Assembly (NCBI GenBank): GCA_964510585.1
Contig: CAZECW010000055.1
Span: forward strand, 1 to 10,929
Length of the DNA stretch: 10,929 nucleotides
Source: an uncultured archaeon
GTDB taxonomy: Archaea > Asgardarchaeota > Jordiarchaeia > Jordiarchaeales > Jordiarchaeaceae
Direction of reading: 5' to 3'
A program made the position numbers and the translations under genes. Positions 7,270-10,929 of this stretch are shown here, piece by piece. The first letter of the stretch is position 1. The number at the start of each line of letters is the position of its first letter. The notes below the pieces were generated by a model. It did not search any database. It had not been told where the DNA came from and saw only the letters and a program-made list of their open reading frames with translations.

Positions 7270-7809
7270 GGCAGCCATCTCCAACTAAAAGTCAAGTGTT
7301 TAGCATTTCAATCAAGAGGTTTGTGGGAATAAGTAAATGAAACTCAATTTCCTTGTATAGCTATCTTAGAGTTCTGAGGGAAATTTAGCGCCAGAACCTA
7401 CTGGACATTCACAGAAAAAGATTGTTCCCCCTTTTTTATTTTTCCCCAAAAATAAATTATTCATCCGTACATCTTAAAATAACCCCTTGGCTGCGCTCAC
7501 CCTCTTAACCAGGTTTAGAATCCCAATTTGGCTTTTTATACACGTTAATTGGGTTTTGGGCGTGATTTTGTTTTTCATTACAATTTATTTCCTTGGAAAA
7601 GCCTTTAACCTCTCAATACTTTTTGGGAATTTTCAATCGATCAATAGTGCATAATAAAAATTGTGGTTCACAAAAGAGCCCGCAAAAGCAGAATTTTAAA
7701 AATTAAAGGCATCCCACATTGCTTCTACAGGTTTTTTGAAGTACAAATCGATAAATAAAGATTTAATGTGAAGGGCGTTCACATATTTACTGTAAGGCTG
7801 TGGATGGCT

Positions 7810-8358
7810 ATGATTGAGGTTGAAGTAAAGTGTCCCATAGATGATCCTAAGGAGATCGTTGAAAAATTGGTTCAAAAGTTTGGTGCAAAATATGTAAAGA
7901 CGGTTTTTCAGAAGGATGTCTACTTGCAACATCCTTCAAGGAATTTTGCGGAAACTGATGAAGCGTTAAGGTTGCGTACGTCACAGGAGGGTGTTCAATT
8001 AACGTATAAGGGTCCAAAAATAGATTCCCTATCAAAAACTAGGGAAGAGTTATCTGTTTATGTGGACAATTTTGAGACGATTCTGAACATTTTCCAAAGA
8101 ATAGGGATTATTCCATTAGCTTGGGTGGTTAAATCTAGAGAGATGTTTGACATAAATGGGAGAGTGGTTGCTTCAATTGACCGTGTGCAGGATTTGGGTA
8201 ACTTCTTAGAGTTAGAGTCTGATATTGAAGATTTTAACCAAATTGAAACCAAAAGAGAAGAATTATTATCCATACTGGACAAATTAGGTTTATCAAGAGA
8301 GAATACCGAAAGGAGATCCTATTTAGAACTCATGGTGGCTAGGCTACGAGGAACTTAA
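7810..8358 (+). CDS. cyaB: CYTH-domain protein (CyaB-like class IV adenylate cyclase / triphosphate tunnel metalloenzyme)
   Basis: EVEVK (EXEXK) at the N-terminus, QKDVY, ALRLR, LTYKGP, TREE, K.R, IDRV..LG.FLELE, SYLEL. The signature places the start at ATG 7810 or 7804, not 7768. Confidence 0.9.
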   Translation: MIEVEVKCPIDDPKEIVEKLVQKFGAKYVKTVFQKDVYLQHPSRNFAETDEALRLRTSQEGVQLTYKGPKIDSLSKTREELSVYVDNFETILNIFQRIGIIPLAWVVKSREMFDINGRVVASIDRVQDLGNFLELESDIEDFNQIETKREELLSILDKLGLSRENTERRSYLELMVARLRGT

Positions 8359-8692
8359 ACTCCAATTATAATTATGAGTCTCATTTTAATCTCTTCACAA
8401 ATTTGAGAATTGCAAAATCGTTGACGAGAAAAGCCCCTAACTCTAGGTCGTGGGAATGTGTCAAATTTTTGGTTCAACGTTCAAGTTTTGGGTCCTTTTT
8501 TTGGGCAATCTATGAGAAACAATTGCTCATTAATAATTGGAGGGGACTTGGGATTGCCGAGGAGATTGCGTGATCTGCAGAAAATGTTTTTATTTGACTA
8601 TTTTAATGTCTACGTTACATTTAAGTTGTTAGACTCTTTAGAAGAATCTGGATGCCTATTTTGTTTCTTAAATTGAAGGGAAGGAATGTTTA

Positions 8693-8914
8693 ATGTGTCT
8701 GGCGATTCCGGCAAAAGTGCTTGAAATCTGTGGTGAAAAGGCCATTGTTGATTTTGGGGGCGTAAAGAGAGAGGCTTGGATAACCCTAGTTGATAATGTA
8801 AAGGTGGGTGACTACCTTATAATTCATACTGGTTATGCCATTCAAAGATTGGACGAAAAAGAAGCTGAAGAAACACTAAAGCTATTTAAAGAGTTTGAAA
8901 CTCTGGAAAAGTAA
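8693..8914 (+). CDS. hypC: [NiFe]-hydrogenase maturation chaperone, HypC/HybG/HupF family
   Basis: 73 aa. Begins MCLAIPAKV (Cys2), with VDFGGVKRE and VGDYLIIHTGYAI (conserved His). Purine-rich SD upstream. Confidence 0.96.
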   Translation: MCLAIPAKVLEICGEKAIVDFGGVKREAWITLVDNVKVGDYLIIHTGYAIQRLDEKEAEETLKLFKEFETLEK

Positions 8915-8964
8915 CAGTATTAAAATGGGGGTTCCCCCTCAACTTAGTGGAGGGAATGAGAATT

Positions 8965-9966
8965 TTATTTTTCCTGAGTTTGTAAGGTGGATTTATACCA
9001 ATTAATTGTTTTCTTTAGTCCTTCCCTTAAAGTTACTTTGGGTTTATAGCCCAACATTTTTTTAGCCTTTGTGATGTCTGGCACTCTTCTCATAATATCT
9101 TCGTAGCTTTCTCCGTAGAATTCACTGTAGGGGACATGTTTTGCTTTAATTTTCTTTGAACTATCCATTAGTTCCAGTATGGTGTCAGCTAGTTGGTTAA
9201 TGGTTACCTCTTCATCGTTTCCTATATTGAAAATTTCTCCAATGCTTTTCTCATTTTCCAGTACGAGAAGTGTACCGTTTATGATATCTGTTATGTATGT
9301 GAAGGATCTCGTCTGTTTTCCGTCCCCATGCACTAGTGGGGGGCAATTACTAAGAATTCTCTTTATGAAGATAGGTATCACTGCACCGTAGTCACTTGAT
9401 TCTTGTCTCGGTCCGTAAGCATTAAAGTATCTAACTATTGTTACTGGTAGCCCCTTTTGGTAATTGTAGGCGAGTAACATATGCTCATCTAGAGCCTTTG
9501 TTGTTGCATAGCACCACCTAAAAATATTGGTAGGGCCGAGGACTCTATCTGCATTTTCGCTTAGCGGAACATTAATGTTTTTACCATACACTTCACTGGT
9601 TGATGCCAGCAAGAAAAGTTCAACATTGTTTTTTAATGCCGCTTCCACCATGTTGTGTGTGCCAAACGTGTTTGTTAATATCACGCTTAGTGGGTTATCT
9701 ACATACTTTTTTACACCCACAACTGCGGCTTCATGAATTATAATATTAGCATTCTTGGCGGCCTTTTCAACCATTTTTTTGTCCAAAATACTGCCCTTAA
9801 TAAATCTGAAATTCTTTTTCTGTAAATGGTCACTAATATAATGAATGTTTCCACTACTTAGGTCGTCCAGCACCACAACTTCATTTCCATCTATTAAGCT
9901 ATCTACCAGATGTGAGCCAATGAATCCAGCGCCGCCAGTAATCAATATTCTCTTACCGGAAATCAC
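8965..9966 (-). CDS. NAD-dependent nucleotide-sugar epimerase/dehydratase (extended SDR), resembling the ArnA decarboxylase domain
   Basis: TGGAGFIG, STSEVYG, YATTK (YxxxK), RYFNAYGPR, GDGKQTRSF, RRVPDI. Start is GTG 9966 (GGTGA 5 nt upstream) or GTG 9978 as in the ORF track. Confidence 0.92.
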   Translation of the reverse strand: MISGKRILITGGAGFIGSHLVDSLIDGNEVVVLDDLSSGNIHYISDHLQKKNFRFIKGSILDKKMVEKAAKNANIIIHEAAVVGVKKYVDNPLSVILTNTFGTHNMVEAALKNNVELFLLASTSEVYGKNINVPLSENADRVLGPTNIFRWCYATTKALDEHMLLAYNYQKGLPVTIVRYFNAYGPRQESSDYGAVIPIFIKRILSNCPPLVHGDGKQTRSFTYITDIINGTLLVLENEKSIGEIFNIGNDEEVTINQLADTILELMDSSKKIKAKHVPYSEFYGESYEDIMRRVPDITKAKKMLGYKPKVTLREGLKKTINWYKSTLQTQEK

Positions 9967-10019
9967 TCCTCTCACCACTTCTAATACTTTCTAAAACACC
10001 AATAGGAAAACTGTACATG

Positions 10020-10041
10020 GGGTAATGTGCCTCAATTACCC
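10020..10041. promoter_or_regulatory. Perfect 7-bp inverted repeat GGGTAAT-N8-ATTACCC; candidate operator or hairpin upstream of the SDR gene
   Basis: Read directly. Lies between a minus-strand TATA-like TATATTTAAA (10086-10077) and the SDR start, and is followed by T6 on the plus strand. Confidence 0.35.
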
Positions 10042-10123
10042 ATTTTTTGACTGAATCTAGAAACCGCTATCAAAATTTAAATATAGCGAAAAGTTGAGTG
10101 TTTTCCTCATATGCTTAATAGAT

Positions 10124-10131
10124 GATTTTTG
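10124..10131 (+). repeat. Left copy of the 8-bp target-site duplication (GATTTTTG)
   Basis: Identical to 10905-10912 and abuts the terminal inverted repeat. Confidence 0.9.
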
Positions 10132-10904
10132 GGTATTGTCAACTTAAGCATTTTGTCGCCTCGAGCGCCTTTCGTAATCTTTGGAGGCGGGGCCTTCCCC
10201 CGACGGTATGGGGGTGCCCTGTTTCAGGGAGTAGTGGGGGGCGAACCTGGTTGTGGTAGTAGGCGCAAGAATCTGAGGAAGTTGCGGGCGTTCTCCAGTC
10301 CCTGGCTGCTTCTGGGGAAGGCGCAGTTGAACACTCCTAGGCGATCCTTTATGGTGCGAAAACCAGCTTTCCACAAGCTTCTAACCACGCCCTTCATCTT
10401 CATCCAGCGGGCTCCCACGTTTTGGGCTGCCGGGGGTACCACTTCCCTCCGTCAGTTACAAATAGCACCTTCTCCCCGTACTTCCTCATGAGTTTCTTCA
10501 TGAAACTTGCCGCCACAAGCCCGTTGCGATTCTTTGATAGGTAGATTTCAAGAGCCAGCCGCCTCGCCGGATTCAGGGCCACCCACAGCCAGCCCTACCC
10601 CCCATCCACCCGCGCCTGGGACTCGCCCAGAACAATCCGGCTGACCCTCTTATAGGGGCTTGGCGAAGTAGCGTCGGGTTTCACGGTTGGTGTGGTGCAC
10701 CCAACTGGCGTGTTGCTTCGTGGCTTCTCCAGAGGCCCCACTTCTTGAAGAGGTTGTCCTGCACATCCCGCAGGCTTGAATCCAAAGTATAAATTCAGGG
10801 AGAACAGAATAATCTCCGGAGGAGTCCTCCGTCTCTCAAAAAGTGATGCATAACATAATCAAAAAAGGAGGATCCCTCCAAATAAACCTTAAGTTGACAG
10901 TATC
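10132..10904 (-). mobile_element. IS6-family insertion sequence, 773 bp, ends intact, transposase inactivated
   Basis: Terminal IRs GGTATTGTCAACTTAAG (10132-10148) and CTTAAGTTGACAGTATC (10888-10904) match at 15 of 17 positions. 8-bp TSD. Size, IR type and TSD length fit IS6. Hand-counted GC is 402/720 (about 56%) over 10141-10860, versus 94/240 (about 39%) over 9841-10080. Confidence 0.9.
10144..10856 (-). pseudogene. IS6-family DDE transposase pseudogene
   Basis: Joining frames gives FERRRTPPEIILFSLNLYFG / SLRDVQDNLFKKWGLWRSHEATRQ / WVHHTNRETRRYFAKP / KRVSRIVLGESQARVDGG*GWLWVALNP...VTDGGKWYP / AAQNVGARW...VRS / VESWF / RTIKDRLGVFN...NFLRF / AYYHNQVRP / HYSL. These carry IS6-type motifs: SLR..., RSH.., WV, DE.....G..WLW.A, TDG, E..F, HN..RPH.SL. 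Boundaries are approximate. Confidence 0.85.
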
Positions 10905-10912
10905 GATTTTTG
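10905..10912 (+). repeat. Right copy of the 8-bp target-site duplication (GATTTTTG)
   Basis: Identical to 10124-10131. Confidence 0.9.
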
Positions 10913-10929
10913 TGCTCACTGTTTAAACA

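Noticed and set aside
8458-8676. 72-aa ORF upstream of hypC and nested short inverted repeats (GGCAATC/GATTGCC, ATGAG/CTCAT)
   Set aside because: No SD or known motif, and the composition looks intergenic. The repeats are 5-7 bp and do not build a convincing structured RNA.
8927-8956. GGGGG-TT-CCCCC and CCCTC...GAGGG stems between convergent hypC and SDR
   Set aside because: Stems are only 4-5 bp with no clear U-tract, too weak to call a terminator.
6125-9736. ORFs at 6125-6475, 6844-7053, 7696-7932, 7847-8035, 8058-8282, 9179-9391 and 9527-9736
   Set aside because: Antisense shadows of acdA, the CYTH gene and the SDR, with no family features.
10129-10582. ORFs 10129-10491 (+), 10144-10374, 10224-10442 and 10400-10582 (-) as independent genes
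   Set aside because: The minus-strand ORFs are out-of-register pieces of one transposase pseudogene, and the plus-strand ORF is its GC-rich antisense shadow.

Overview
AT-rich, probably archaeal window. Evidence for this: BRE/TATA-type promoter motifs, GGAGG/GGTGA Shine-Dalgarno sites, a stand-alone NDP-forming acyl-CoA synthetase alpha subunit and a CyaB-like CYTH gene; the lineage cannot be determined. In order, it contains: the probable 5' end of a divergent gene running off the left edge; a tightly coupled three-gene unit (GT4 glycosyltransferase, GT4 glycosyltransferase, class I SAM methyltransferase); a second methyltransferase; a HisC-family PLP aminotransferase; a convergent acyl-CoA synthetase alpha subunit; a CYTH protein; an isolated hypC; and an ArnA-like extended SDR. 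The right end holds a complete 773-bp IS6-family element that the ORF track shows only as fragments. It has 17-bp terminal inverted repeats, a perfect 8-bp target-site duplication, about 56% GC, and a transposase broken by at least 8 frameshifts and one stop. The best candidate for an undescribed system is the GT4-GT4-methyltransferase unit, possibly making a methylated sugar, glycolipid or solute. Its first enzyme has trehalose-synthase-like motifs. That function is inference only. I found no tRNA, rRNA or CRISPR array.
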